A stretch of 63,804 bases of DNA, from contig DATEGA010000227.1 in the NCBI GenBank assembly GCA_035280345.1, positions 1-63,804 on the forward strand, written 5' to 3'. Below the pieces are notes generated by a model that worked only from the letters and a program-made list of their open reading frames with translations, made no database searches and was not told the DNA's origin. Source of the DNA: a bacterium. Its GTDB lineage: Bacteria; Sysuimicrobiota; Sysuimicrobiia; Sysuimicrobiales; Segetimicrobiaceae. The position numbers and the translations under genes were made by a program. Positions 48,226 through 56,668 of this stretch are shown piece by piece; positions within the stretch are counted from its first letter, which is position 1, and each line of letters begins with the position of its first letter.

Positions 48226-48641
48226 GACATGCTCATCGGCGGCCCGCCTTGGAAGGGCGGCGTAGTCACCGGCCTCCTCTTCCAGCGAGCCAAGAGGAGA
48301 CGCGCGGCGAGGCGCATGAAGGGATCGGCGGAGCCGAGCTCCACCCCTACGCGGCTTGTCATCTCGCCCTCCTCGAGGCGGCTTCGATCGATGAGAATCG
48401 CGACGGCCTCGGCGAACTGGCGCATTTCGGATGACCGCCGGACATGTGGGAGCAGGGAAATTGCTTTCTGGACGCTCGCGTCGAGCAGCTTTAAGCGGGT
48501 CAGTCGAGAATTGCGCCGCCTTGCGCTGCGACGGCCGAGTTTTCCCGCGCCTGACGATGGGGTATCTTCAAACGCAAAGAGCCGGGCCGCAACTCGGCGA
48601 GTCCTGTGGACGTCCCGCGTCTTACCGTTGAAATCATTCAT
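48222..48641 (-). CDS. hypothetical Arg-rich helical protein, first gene of the Rieske operon
   Basis: ATG at 48641 follows GGAGG. The stop overlaps the Rieske ATG (ATGA). Confidence 0.5.
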   Translation of the reverse strand: MNDFNGKTRDVHRTRRVAARLFAFEDTPSSGAGKLGRRSARRRNSRLTRLKLLDASVQKAISLLPHVRRSSEMRQFAEAVAILIDRSRLEEGEMTSRVGVELGSADPFMRLAARLLLARWKRRPVTTPPFQGGPPMSMS

Positions 48642-48907
48642 CTCAGAGCCTCCATCAGAAAGAATGCGCCCGAAAGACTGATCTCCCGCACAAAACGCTC
48701 GGGGAGCCCGGGGCCAGGGCAACGCTCAAACCCAAAGCCGTTGGCGGCGAGCAGCGCCGGCGTCGACCCATCGTTACCTCGCCCGACAACGGATTCTGGC
48801 TCAAGCGTGCAGCGCGAGTCGTCCGGCGACTTCCGGGGCGCCAACTCGCTGCACCGAGACACGGTACGGTCCTCCAAGATTCACCTTAGCAACGCCGGGC
48901 CTTTCTA

Positions 48908-48950
48908 GCGTTGCAGATGCGTAAACGCTGGAACAACTTCGGGTAAATTT
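48908..48950 (-). promoter_or_regulatory. recurrent upstream motif copy (faces the Rieske operon)
   Basis: GCGTTGC-agatgc-GTAAACGC-tggaa-CAACTT-cGGGTAAAT. TAAGGT lies 20 nt beyond the proximal half-site. Confidence 0.5.
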
Positions 48951-49053
48951 GCCCGCAAGAGTAGCAGTGCGCCTACCCGACGCCGAGACGGCTTGTCGAC
49001 ACATCTTCGGCGACCTGATGATCGCGATCGGGGAGCTCCATCGCGTGCACTCG

Positions 49054-49158
49054 TTACAATCGCCCCAGCAGGTGTCCGCTGAGGGTCGGCGCCAGGATCA
49101 CAAGGGCCAGTACGCTGGCGCCGAGCAGGACGATCCCACAGATCGCTTCGTGGCGCAT
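49054..49158 (-). CDS. 34-codon hydrophobic micro-ORF (paralog 2)
   Basis: Translated by hand: MRHEAICGIVLLGASVLALVILAPTLSGHLLGRL. Same length as paralog 1 and shares the C-terminal GHL(F/L)GR. Confidence 0.35.
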   Translation of the reverse strand: MRHEAICGIVLLGASVLALVILAPTLSGHLLGRL

Positions 49159-49198
49159 TTGGCTCGGCTATCTTCCGCGAGCACACAGCGCCTCGGCA

Positions 49199-49498
49199 TC
49201 AGGGCCTCTGATCACAGTCGTAGATGCGCAGGCGATCACTGTTGTTGAGCGGGTCGCTCGCCTGGAGGCAGGCCTCGGCCGACGAAAAGACCTGTTTCGT
49301 CCGAGACCACCGGCCGGACGTCGACGACCGGACGTAGAGCACCCAGGGACTTGCAGAGGGCGCCGCCGTTGGTCTCACCGCGGAAGACGCCGGGGAGCGA
49401 GCCGGGCGATGAGCGGTCATCACAGTCGTTCGTACGGTGAGAATCAGCGCGACGACGCAGACAAGCGCAGCCGCGGCCGTCAATACTGCCCGCAACAT
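49199..49498 (-). CDS. hypothetical small membrane-anchored protein (99 aa)
   Basis: ATG at 49498 follows GGAG, within ORF 49199..49606. N-terminal TM segment MLRAVLTAAAALVCVVALILTV. Confidence 0.4.
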   Translation of the reverse strand: MLRAVLTAAAALVCVVALILTVRTTVMTAHRPARSPASSAVRPTAAPSASPWVLYVRSSTSGRWSRTKQVFSSAEACLQASDPLNNSDRLRIYDCDQRP

Positions 49499-49719
49499 AC
49501 ATCTCCATTTCGCCCGATGTTCACATGGGCACAGACGCCAAGGTACGGCCGACCGATCACGCCGCCGGCCGAGACCGCGCCGGTCGTGATCTCGAGGGCC
49601 ACACATCGCGCCTCACGCCGCGCGGCGAACGTCAGGTCGAGCGGATATACACTGTCTCTCTTTCACGTCCGCTGATCGGGTGAAGTCGGTCCGAGGATAC
49701 TCTGCCGGGAAGCATGCCG

Positions 49720-49751
49720 GCGTTACCGGAGGGTAAACATTGGCACAATTT
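49720..49751 (-). promoter_or_regulatory. recurrent upstream motif copy (faces the 49498 gene)
   Basis: GCGTTAC-cggagg-GTAAAC-attggca-CAATTT. TATCCT lies 21 nt beyond the proximal half-site. Confidence 0.5.
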
Positions 49752-49791
49752 GCCGCACGGTCGAGGTTGCGGCAACACCGAGTGGCGGCCC

Positions 49792-49968
49792 TTAATATAG
49801 GCGCGCGATCTCAGTCGCGAGGTTGGCGGCGAATACCGGGTGGAACGTGACCCACAGCGCGGCGGCGCAGATCATGGTGGCAAGGAAAGCCTGTCCCGGC
49901 GGGAGGAAGCGCCAGACCAGGACGAGGAGCGTCGCGATGATGAAGCAATCGCGAAGTGCCGGTGCCAT
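49792..49968 (-). CDS. 58-aa two-TM micro-protein downstream of the OmpR-type regulator
   Basis: Not in the ORF track. Translated by hand: MAPALRDCFIIATLLVLVWRFLPPGQAFLATMICAAALWVTFHPVFAANLATEIARLY. Starts 11 nt after the regulator stop. Confidence 0.35.
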   Translation of the reverse strand: MAPALRDCFIIATLLVLVWRFLPPGQAFLATMICAAALWVTFHPVFAANLATEIARLY

Positions 49969-49978
49969 CGGCCGCGCG

Positions 49979-50743
49979 TCAGATGTCGTCGCGGAGGCGG
50001 TAGCCTACGCCGCGGACCGTCTGGATGAGGTGCGCCGATTCGGGATTCCCCTCGAGCCGCTGCCGCACCCGCGAGACGTGAACGTCGAGCGTCTTTTCTT
50101 CTCCAAAGAAGTCCTCACCCCAGACCACGGTGAGGAGCTCTTGCCGCGGAACCACCTCCCCGGCACGCTGGGCGAGGAGCCGCAGGAGGTCGAACTCCTT
50201 ACGCGGCAGCGCGACGGGACGCCCGCGCAGGGTGACCGTGTGCCGGGCCGGGTCGATCGTAAGGGGCCCAACCTCCAGCCGGCCGGCGATTTCGGTGCCA
50301 CGACTGCGCCGGATGGCCGCGCGCACCCGCGCGATGAACTCGCGGGGTCCAAACGGTTTCGCGAGGTAGTCGTCCGCGCCCACCTCGAGGCCGACGACTT
50401 TATCAACCTCGTCGCCGCGGGCGCTGACCATGAGGATGGGGACGCCGGCCACACGCCGGAGCCGGCGGGTCACTTCGAGGCCGTCGACATCGGGCAGCAT
50501 GATGTCGAGGACAATCAGCGCGGGCCGCTCGGCGGCTGCGGCCTCCAGCGCGGCTGTGCCGGTTTCCGCCGCTACTACCCGGTACCCCTCGCGCTCAAGA
50601 AAGAACCGCATCGAGGTCAGCATCGGAACCTCGTCGTCCACGACCAGAACCGTCGGCCGACACCCTGCCCCTTCGTGGCCGGCCGTGGCGGACGCCGGCG
50701 TCGCTTCGGTTGAGTCCGGGTGATCGCGGAAGCTGCGGGCCAT
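49979..50743 (-). CDS. OmpR/PhoB-family response regulator
   Basis: ATG at 50743 follows GAGGAA. Receiver VLVVDDE...DIMLPDVDG. Winged helix LPRKEFDLLRLL...DVHVSRVRQRLE. Confidence 0.9.
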   Translation of the reverse strand: MARSFRDHPDSTEATPASATAGHEGAGCRPTVLVVDDEVPMLTSMRFFLEREGYRVVAAETGTAALEAAAAERPALIVLDIMLPDVDGLEVTRRLRRVAGVPILMVSARGDEVDKVVGLEVGADDYLAKPFGPREFIARVRAAIRRSRGTEIAGRLEVGPLTIDPARHTVTLRGRPVALPRKEFDLLRLLAQRAGEVVPRQELLTVVWGEDFFGEEKTLDVHVSRVRQRLEGNPESAHLIQTVRGVGYRLRDDI

Positions 50744-50986
50744 TTGAGAGTTCCTCACCCACGACTACGAAACATTCGTGCTAAAAGTTTTTCCCTGAGT
50801 GCGCCGGGGCAGTTGCGGTCCGCCAGCGCGGGCCGTTCGCTCGCTTCCGGTGCAGACCAACGACCTCGGAGTGCCGAGAAAGATCCCGCTCCTCGACGGC
50901 GCGGCGACGCCCCGGCCCCTCGCTTGACTGAGGTCCCCGCGGGCCATGCGCGCGTCCCACGTTACTCTGAAGGCGGTTCGCTTCAG

Positions 50987-51017
50987 TTGGGCGGCCGGCC
51001 GACAGCCGGCCGCCCAA
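50987..51017 (-). terminator. 13-bp perfect hairpin after the wall-protein gene
   Basis: TTGGGCGGCCGGC-cgaca-GCCGGCCGCCCAA, 18 nt after the stop at 51035. Confidence 0.55.
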
Positions 51018-51034
51018 CGAGAGATGTCTTCGCC

Positions 51035-52618
51035 CTAGTTCAGCGTGGTGTTCACGATAATCGACGGAGATCGCGCCGCACCGGCGTCATCGACCCGCAC
51101 GGCGGAAATCGTTACCTCGACGTCGCGCACCGGCGGCGCCTCGTAGAACGTGGCCGACCAGTTGCCGTTTGCGTCTGCCACCACTGTTTCCGTGCCGAGC
51201 GTACCTCGCACGTTCAACAGCACGAGCTTTCCTCGGTAATTTGCCGCAACTCTGACCCGGGACCCGGGCGGCGCCGTACCCGTCACGGTGAATGGAATCG
51301 TGAGGTCGCTGGCCGGTGCCGGGCTGGTAATCACCGGTGCGCCGCCGACCGCCGGCGGGATGATGACCGACGATTCGATAGACACCGGAACGGGAGCCGT
51401 TGCGGATACGAGCTGCCCGTTGGGCGCCGTGACCGTAACCACGACGCGGCCGTCAACGACGTTGTCGCCGGGCTGAACCGTGTAGCTGCCAAAGTAGGTG
51501 TCCGCTCGATTGACCGACTCGGTCATCGGCAGCCCACCACGGAGTCCGGTAATTGAGAAGGTCGCGTGGCCGTGCTCAGGGCCCCTCGCGACGACCGTGA
51601 CCACGTCTCCCGGCACCAACTGCCGTCCGGCCGGCCTCACGGTGACCGATGTCACCGCCCCGATGTACGGCACTCGGCGCACCGTCACCCCGTACGCCTG
51701 TCCCGTCTCCGGGTTCACGCGGATGGCTACCGCGTCGCCCGGGCGGATCGCCGCGGCGGTCACTGCCCGCCCGTTGAGCAGAATCCGCGCGGCCGGCGAC
51801 AGCGTGTATGCCTGTCCGTTCCGCAGCACGATTTGATCGTACGCGACCGCCGCGACGGTGCCATTCACGGCATCGTAGGAGGCCTGGACGCTCCGCGCGG
51901 TGCCGCGCTGGTCGGCCGTGATAGTGACGAAGTCCCCTCCTTCAACGCCCTCAAGCGACACGGGACCGGTGACGCTTGTCGTCAGGTCGGTCCGGGTAAT
52001 TGTGGTACCGGAGACAACTCGGAACGTATAGATCGCCCCGTCGGAGGCCTGAATAGACAACTGTCCGGGGTACACTGCGGCGTCGACCAGGGTGACCGTA
52101 CCGGTGATAGTTTGCGTCGCCGGCGCCTGCATCTGGGCTGGCGGGTAGCTTGCCGAAGGCGGGTACGCCCCCGGATTCGTGATCTGCACCGTCGCGGTTG
52201 CCGCGTCCCAGTGGACGCGCGCACCGAGCGCCTGACTTACGAATCGCAGCGGGATCATCGTGCGCCCGCCGACGAGCATCGGCGGTACGTCTACGACCTG
52301 CGCCTGTCCGTTGACGAATGCCTGCGACGATCCGATCTTGAGCGAAACGCTGGTCGTGTCGCGTTGCGCGAGCACCGTCTGCGACGCCGGGGCCCAAGTC
52401 ACCGATGCGCCCAGGCGCTCGAACACGCCGCGCAGGGGGACGAGCACCCGCCCGCTAGCGAACACCGGCGCTTGGGTGAAGTATACTGGGCTGCCGTTGA
52501 CAAAGACCCTGACGTATGGCGCTGGCGTTTGCGCGGCCGCCACGGATACGAGACCGGCGGCTACGGCAACAACGACAACCACGCTAACGATGATTGTCCG
52601 TGATCGAGCAATACGCAT
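51035..52618 (-). CDS. secreted protein with copper-amine-oxidase N-terminal-like domain, repeated beta-rich modules and a C-terminal Ig-like domain
   Basis: ATG at 52618 (MRIARSRTIIVSVVVVVAVAAG) within ORF 51035..52741. VFVNG...LVPLRGVFERLGASVTW...MIPLRFVSQALGARVHW is the CuAO-N (stalk) signature. Confidence 0.7.
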   Translation of the reverse strand: MRIARSRTIIVSVVVVVAVAAGLVSVAAAQTPAPYVRVFVNGSPVYFTQAPVFASGRVLVPLRGVFERLGASVTWAPASQTVLAQRDTTSVSLKIGSSQAFVNGQAQVVDVPPMLVGGRTMIPLRFVSQALGARVHWDAATATVQITNPGAYPPSASYPPAQMQAPATQTITGTVTLVDAAVYPGQLSIQASDGAIYTFRVVSGTTITRTDLTTSVTGPVSLEGVEGGDFVTITADQRGTARSVQASYDAVNGTVAAVAYDQIVLRNGQAYTLSPAARILLNGRAVTAAAIRPGDAVAIRVNPETGQAYGVTVRRVPYIGAVTSVTVRPAGRQLVPGDVVTVVARGPEHGHATFSITGLRGGLPMTESVNRADTYFGSYTVQPGDNVVDGRVVVTVTAPNGQLVSATAPVPVSIESSVIIPPAVGGAPVITSPAPASDLTIPFTVTGTAPPGSRVRVAANYRGKLVLLNVRGTLGTETVVADANGNWSATFYEAPPVRDVEVTISAVRVDDAGAARSPSIIVNTTLN

Positions 52619-52714
52619 TGCCGACACCTGCTGCCCTCCTCTCGGATGTGTACTCAGCTGTGCGGTCCACGCGAGTCTAGCTCCCCGCCACCGTACCACC
52701 GCGATCCTGCGCGG

Positions 52715-52755
52715 GCTTTGCGGAACGGTAAACGCGGCCAAAATTTACGGTAAAC
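52715..52755 (-). promoter_or_regulatory. recurrent upstream motif copy (faces the 52618 gene)
   Basis: GCTTTGC-ggaacg-GTAAACGC-ggcca-AAATTT-acGGTAAAC. TACGGT lies 20 nt beyond the proximal half-site. Confidence 0.5.
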
Positions 52756-52899
52756 TCGGCCCCGCATTCTGTGGACGAGGCGGTTCGGATGCGGTGTTCT
52801 GGGTAAACTGAGGGCGGTATTTGAATCGAGGACATTGGCAGAGGGGCTGACCGCCGTGTCGCCCCTCTGCTGTCTTGACGTCGGAATCAGAGGTGCGGG

Positions 52900-53085
52900 A
52901 TGGATCCGAAGTTTTGGGAAATGTTGGTTGTGCTCGCGATCGTCATCCTGTTGTTTGGTCCAAACCGGCTTGCGGGCCTCGGTGCCGCCGTCGGCAAGGC
53001 GATGCGCGAATTTCGCGAAACGACAAGGCCCGACAGACCGGAACCCGGCGCGTCACCAGAGAACGAAACCGCCAAGCATCGCTGA
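52900..53085 (+). CDS. tatA: twin-arginine translocase subunit TatA/E
   Basis: ORF 52900..53085. MDPKFWEMLVVLAIVILLFGPNRLAGLGAAVGKAMREFR is a canonical TatA N-terminus. Confidence 0.9.
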   Translation: MDPKFWEMLVVLAIVILLFGPNRLAGLGAAVGKAMREFRETTRPDRPEPGASPENETAKHR

Positions 53086-53096
53086 GTCACGCGTGC

Positions 53097-53573
53097 CTAC
53101 GCGACTCGAGACCGCGACTCCCCCGCCACCGGCGGGTGGATCAGCAACACCGGCACAGACGTAGCGTGCATCACGGCGTCGGCCACGCTTCCGAACAGCA
53201 GGCGACCGACCCCGCGGCGCGCGTGTGTGCCCATGACGATCAAGTCCGCGGACCAGTGCTCGGCCTCCGCGGCGATAAGGTCGGGGATTCGCCGCCCGTT
53301 CGACTCGATCACCGCGGTTTCGACATGTTCGATTCCGGCCTGCCCCGCGGCGTCCGTGGCTCGGTTCATGATTTCGTCTGAGCGCCGACGCGCCTCTTGG
53401 GTCGCTTCGAGGTAGATTTCGTAGACGCCCTCGACTGCGTAGACCGACTGTTCGTCGATCACGTGGATGATCCTCACGCCCGCCTTCTCCTCGCGGGCCA
53501 GGCAAATGCCGTGGCGGAGGGCCGCGTAGCTGCATGTGCTGCCGTCGATCGAAATGAGAATCCGTTCGTACAT
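53097..53573 (-). CDS. universal stress protein (UspA family)
   Basis: ORF 53097..53573. ILISIDGS...DLIVMGTHARRGVGRLLFGSVADAVMHATSVPVLLI. Confidence 0.85.
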   Translation of the reverse strand: MYERILISIDGSTCSYAALRHGICLAREEKAGVRIIHVIDEQSVYAVEGVYEIYLEATQEARRRSDEIMNRATDAAGQAGIEHVETAVIESNGRRIPDLIAAEAEHWSADLIVMGTHARRGVGRLLFGSVADAVMHATSVPVLLIHPPVAGESRSRVA

Positions 53574-53627
53574 TCTGCGGCCTCCCGTCCATCTTTTGTT
53601 CGACCATAGTACGCTCAGCCGGCACTT

Positions 53628-53658
53628 GCGTTACGGAGGGGTAAACGCTTGACAAATT
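53628..53658 (-). promoter_or_regulatory. recurrent upstream motif copy (faces the USP gene)
   Basis: GCGTTAC-ggaggg-GTAAACGC-ttgac-AAATT. TACTAT lies 17 nt and TATGGT 20 nt beyond the proximal half-site. Confidence 0.5.
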
Positions 53659-53888
53659 CTCGGCGAGTCTCCAGCGGTTGCCGGGAGGGTTTACTGCGAT
53701 CGTGGTACCCGTGGAACACCCCACTATACGCGGGTCCGAGAAGCATGTCTGACTCGGCGCGCACAATCGATAGCGGTCAAGAAGGCGCGAATTGTTTCCG
53801 AGAGTTTCCACAGTGTTTACCTCATCGTAACGGCAGGAGGACCCGCGATTGGTACGCTCACGACGGGCTGTTGCGAGGAGGCGTGTAT

Positions 53889-55682
53889 ATGGCAAGTGAG
53901 CGGAGCGAGGAGATAATCGCGGCATTGGCATCGGGACGGATCAGCCGCAGGGAGGCACTCAAGCGTCTCGCGCTATTGGGCATTTCGGCGGGCGGGATCA
54001 CGTCGCTACTCTCGACGGCGGCGCCGCGGACCGCGCGGGCCGCGGGCCGCGGCGGCAGCGGTACGGTAAAGATCCTCTACTGGGAGGCGCCCACGATCGT
54101 TAACCCGCATCTGGCGCAGGGCACGAAGGACTTCGACGCATCGCGAGTCTGCCTCGAGCCGCTCTTGACGGTGGACGCCGCCGGCCGCTTTTCCCCGGTC
54201 CTGGCGGCGAACGTGCCGTCCCGCGCCAACGGGCAGGTCGCCGCGGACGGCAGATCCGTGGTCTACAAGCTGAAGAGAGGCGTGCGCTGGGGCGACGGGC
54301 GTCCGTTCACCGCGGACGACGTGGCATTCACCTACCAATTCATCGCGAACAAGGAGACCGGTGCAACGACCTACGCCACGTACGACAACGTCGCCACGGT
54401 CGAGGCCCTCGATCCGCTCGCGGTGAAGATCACGTTCAAGAAGCCGACCCCGGCGTGGTACCTGCCGTTTGTCGGCGGCAACGGGATGATCCTGCCGCGC
54501 CACGCGCTCGACGCGTACGTCGGCAGCGGCGCGCGCAACGCACCGTTCAACCTGAAGGCGTTCGGCACGGGGCCCTACAAGGTCGACACCTTCCGCCCGG
54601 GCGACCTCGTCGTCTACTCGATCAACCCGTACTATCGCGAGCCGGGCAAGCCCGCCTTCGACCAGGTGCAGTTGAAGGGCGGCGGCGACGCGACCTCGGC
54701 GGCGCGCGCGGTGTTGGAAACGGCAGAGTACGACTACGCCTGGAACCTCCAGGTGGAGTGGCCGGTGCTGCAGCATCTCGCGGAGGGCGGGAAGGGCAAG
54801 GTCATCACCGGACACGGCGGCGGCGTGGAGCAGATTTACTGCAACATGTCCGACCCGAACAGGACCCTGGACGGCCAGCGCTCGTCGGTCCGGGCGCCGC
54901 ACCCCTTCCTCGCAGACGCCCGGGTCCGCCAGGCCATGGGCCTCGCGATCGACCGGATGACGATCGCGAGAGAATTGTACGGCGAAGAGGGCGATGCGAC
55001 GGTCGACGTGCTGACGACGCCGACCACGTATCTGTCACCGAACGAAAAGATCGAGTACGACATCGACAAGGCCAACCGGCTGCTCGACGAGGCGGGATAC
55101 CGGCGCGGGCCGGACGGCATTCGCCGCAAGGGTGCGGTCGCGTTCAACGTCACCTATCAGACCAGCGTGAACCCGCTCCGGCAGAAGGAGCAAGAGATCG
55201 TCAAGGCCGGGTGGGCCAAGATCGGGGTCGGGGCGCTGCTCAAGTCCGTCGACGCGGGCGTGTTCTTCAGCAGCTCGCCGGGCAACAACGACACCTACGC
55301 CCACTTCTATACCGACGTGGAGATGTTCACGTCGACCTTCGGCTCGCCGTTCCCCGGCACCTACATGGGGCGCTTCTACAGCGGCGATCTGGCAAAGGAC
55401 GTCCCCCAGCGCGAGAACAACTGGTCGGGCCTTGACATCACGCGGTGGGTCGACAAGGAATACAACGCCCTGTACGAGCAGGCCCTGGTGGAGCTCGATC
55501 CCGCGAAGAACCGCGAACTCTGGATTAGGATGAACGACCGGGTCGTCAGCCAGGGCGTCTCGCTGCCGATTATCGATCGAAAGCAGGTCTCGGCCCACGT
55601 CACCACGTTGGACGTGGCAGAGAACTTGAGCCCGTTCGATGCGGAGACGCGGAACATCGCGGACTGGCGGCGGACCGGCTAG
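53889..55682 (+). CDS. ABC transporter substrate-binding protein, family 5 (peptide/nickel type), Tat signal
   Basis: ATG at 53889 follows GAGGAGG, within ORF 53649..55682. SRREALKRLALLGISAGG signal. Confidence 0.85.
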   Translation: MASERSEEIIAALASGRISRREALKRLALLGISAGGITSLLSTAAPRTARAAGRGGSGTVKILYWEAPTIVNPHLAQGTKDFDASRVCLEPLLTVDAAGRFSPVLAANVPSRANGQVAADGRSVVYKLKRGVRWGDGRPFTADDVAFTYQFIANKETGATTYATYDNVATVEALDPLAVKITFKKPTPAWYLPFVGGNGMILPRHALDAYVGSGARNAPFNLKAFGTGPYKVDTFRPGDLVVYSINPYYREPGKPAFDQVQLKGGGDATSAARAVLETAEYDYAWNLQVEWPVLQHLAEGGKGKVITGHGGGVEQIYCNMSDPNRTLDGQRSSVRAPHPFLADARVRQAMGLAIDRMTIARELYGEEGDATVDVLTTPTTYLSPNEKIEYDIDKANRLLDEAGYRRGPDGIRRKGAVAFNVTYQTSVNPLRQKEQEIVKAGWAKIGVGALLKSVDAGVFFSSSPGNNDTYAHFYTDVEMFTSTFGSPFPGTYMGRFYSGDLAKDVPQRENNWSGLDITRWVDKEYNALYEQALVELDPAKNRELWIRMNDRVVSQGVSLPIIDRKQVSAHVTTLDVAENLSPFDAETRNIADWRRTG

Positions 55683-55711
55683 CCGCCGGTCCGGTTCGCG
55701 GGGGACGTCCG

Positions 55712-56656
55712 GTGACGGCGTATATCGTCCGGCGCTCCGTCCAGTCGCTGCCCACCTTGATCCTGATCAGCATGGTGGTGTTCGGCATCCTGGCGCTGGC
55801 ACCGGGCGATCCGCTTGGCCAACTCGCGGCCAACCCGGACGTCCCTCCTCAAGTCCGGCAGCTGATCCTTCACCAAATGGGCCTCGACCAGCCGATCCCG
55901 ATCCGATACGTGAAGTGGGCCGTGGCGTTCCTGCACGGCAACTGGGGCTACTCGTTCGCAAGCCACGTCCAGGTGAACCGCCTGATCCTCCAACGGCTGC
56001 CGACCGACCTGTGGGTGATCGGGTCCGCGTACCTGTTCGCCGTGCTCCTCGCCATCCCGATCGGCGTCCTCTCGGCCGTCAAGCAGTACTCCCTGCTCGA
56101 TCAGATCGCGACGACGCTTGCCTTCATCGGGTTCTCGCTCCCGACGTTCTTCACGGGGATCGTGTTCATCATCATTTTCAGCATCCGCCTGCACTGGTTC
56201 CCGTTCATCTACAGCGTGGAGGTGCACGGCCCCGTCGCGTGGGCGAAGCAGGCGGTCATGCCCGTGGCCGTGCTCGCGTTGTTCCAGGGCGCGGCGCTGA
56301 TGCGTTTCGTGCGCTCGTCCATGCTCGACAATATCACCATGGACTACGTGCGCACCGCACGGGCGAAGGGCCTCACGACCTGGAAAGTCATCGTTCGGCA
56401 CGTACTGCGGAACGGCCTGATCCCGGTGATCACCCTGCTGGCGCTGGGGGTCCCGGCGATCTTCACCGGCGCGGTGGTCACGGAACAGATCTTCAGGGTC
56501 CCGGGCATCGGGTCACTGCTCATCGCGTCCATCGAGAACAGCGACACGCCGGTGGTGATGGCGATCACGTTCGTCTACGCGATCCTCGTGGTGATCTTCA
56601 ATCTCATCGCGGACATCTTCTACGGGAACCTGGACCCGCGGATCACCTACGGTTGA
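55712..56656 (+). CDS. ABC transporter permease (DppB/OppB-like)
   Basis: ORF 55712..56656. Begins MTAYIVRRSVQSLPTLILISMVVFGIL, typical of the family. Confidence 0.85.
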   Translation: MTAYIVRRSVQSLPTLILISMVVFGILALAPGDPLGQLAANPDVPPQVRQLILHQMGLDQPIPIRYVKWAVAFLHGNWGYSFASHVQVNRLILQRLPTDLWVIGSAYLFAVLLAIPIGVLSAVKQYSLLDQIATTLAFIGFSLPTFFTGIVFIIIFSIRLHWFPFIYSVEVHGPVAWAKQAVMPVAVLALFQGAALMRFVRSSMLDNITMDYVRTARAKGLTTWKVIVRHVLRNGLIPVITLLALGVPAIFTGAVVTEQIFRVPGIGSLLIASIENSDTPVVMAITFVYAILVVIFNLIADIFYGNLDPRITYG

Positions 56657-56668
56657 TCGCGGCGCCCT

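Noticed and set aside
49741-49753. Sigma-54-like TGGCAC...TTGC inside motif copy 49720-49751
   Set aside because: The GG-to-GC distance is 2 nt shorter than in the TGGCACG-N4-TTGC consensus. The site points away from the nearest gene, and the other motif copies lack it.
52801-52830. Possible ninth motif copy GGGTAAACTGAGGGCGGTATTTGAATCG
   Set aside because: It has GTAAAC and an AT-rich block, but it lacks the RCGTTRC half-site at the 6-nt spacing, so it was not counted.
54006-55435. ORFs 54006..54902 (minus strand) and 54455..55435 (plus strand)
   Set aside because: They are alternative frames inside the family-5 binding-protein gene and have low-complexity Arg-rich products.
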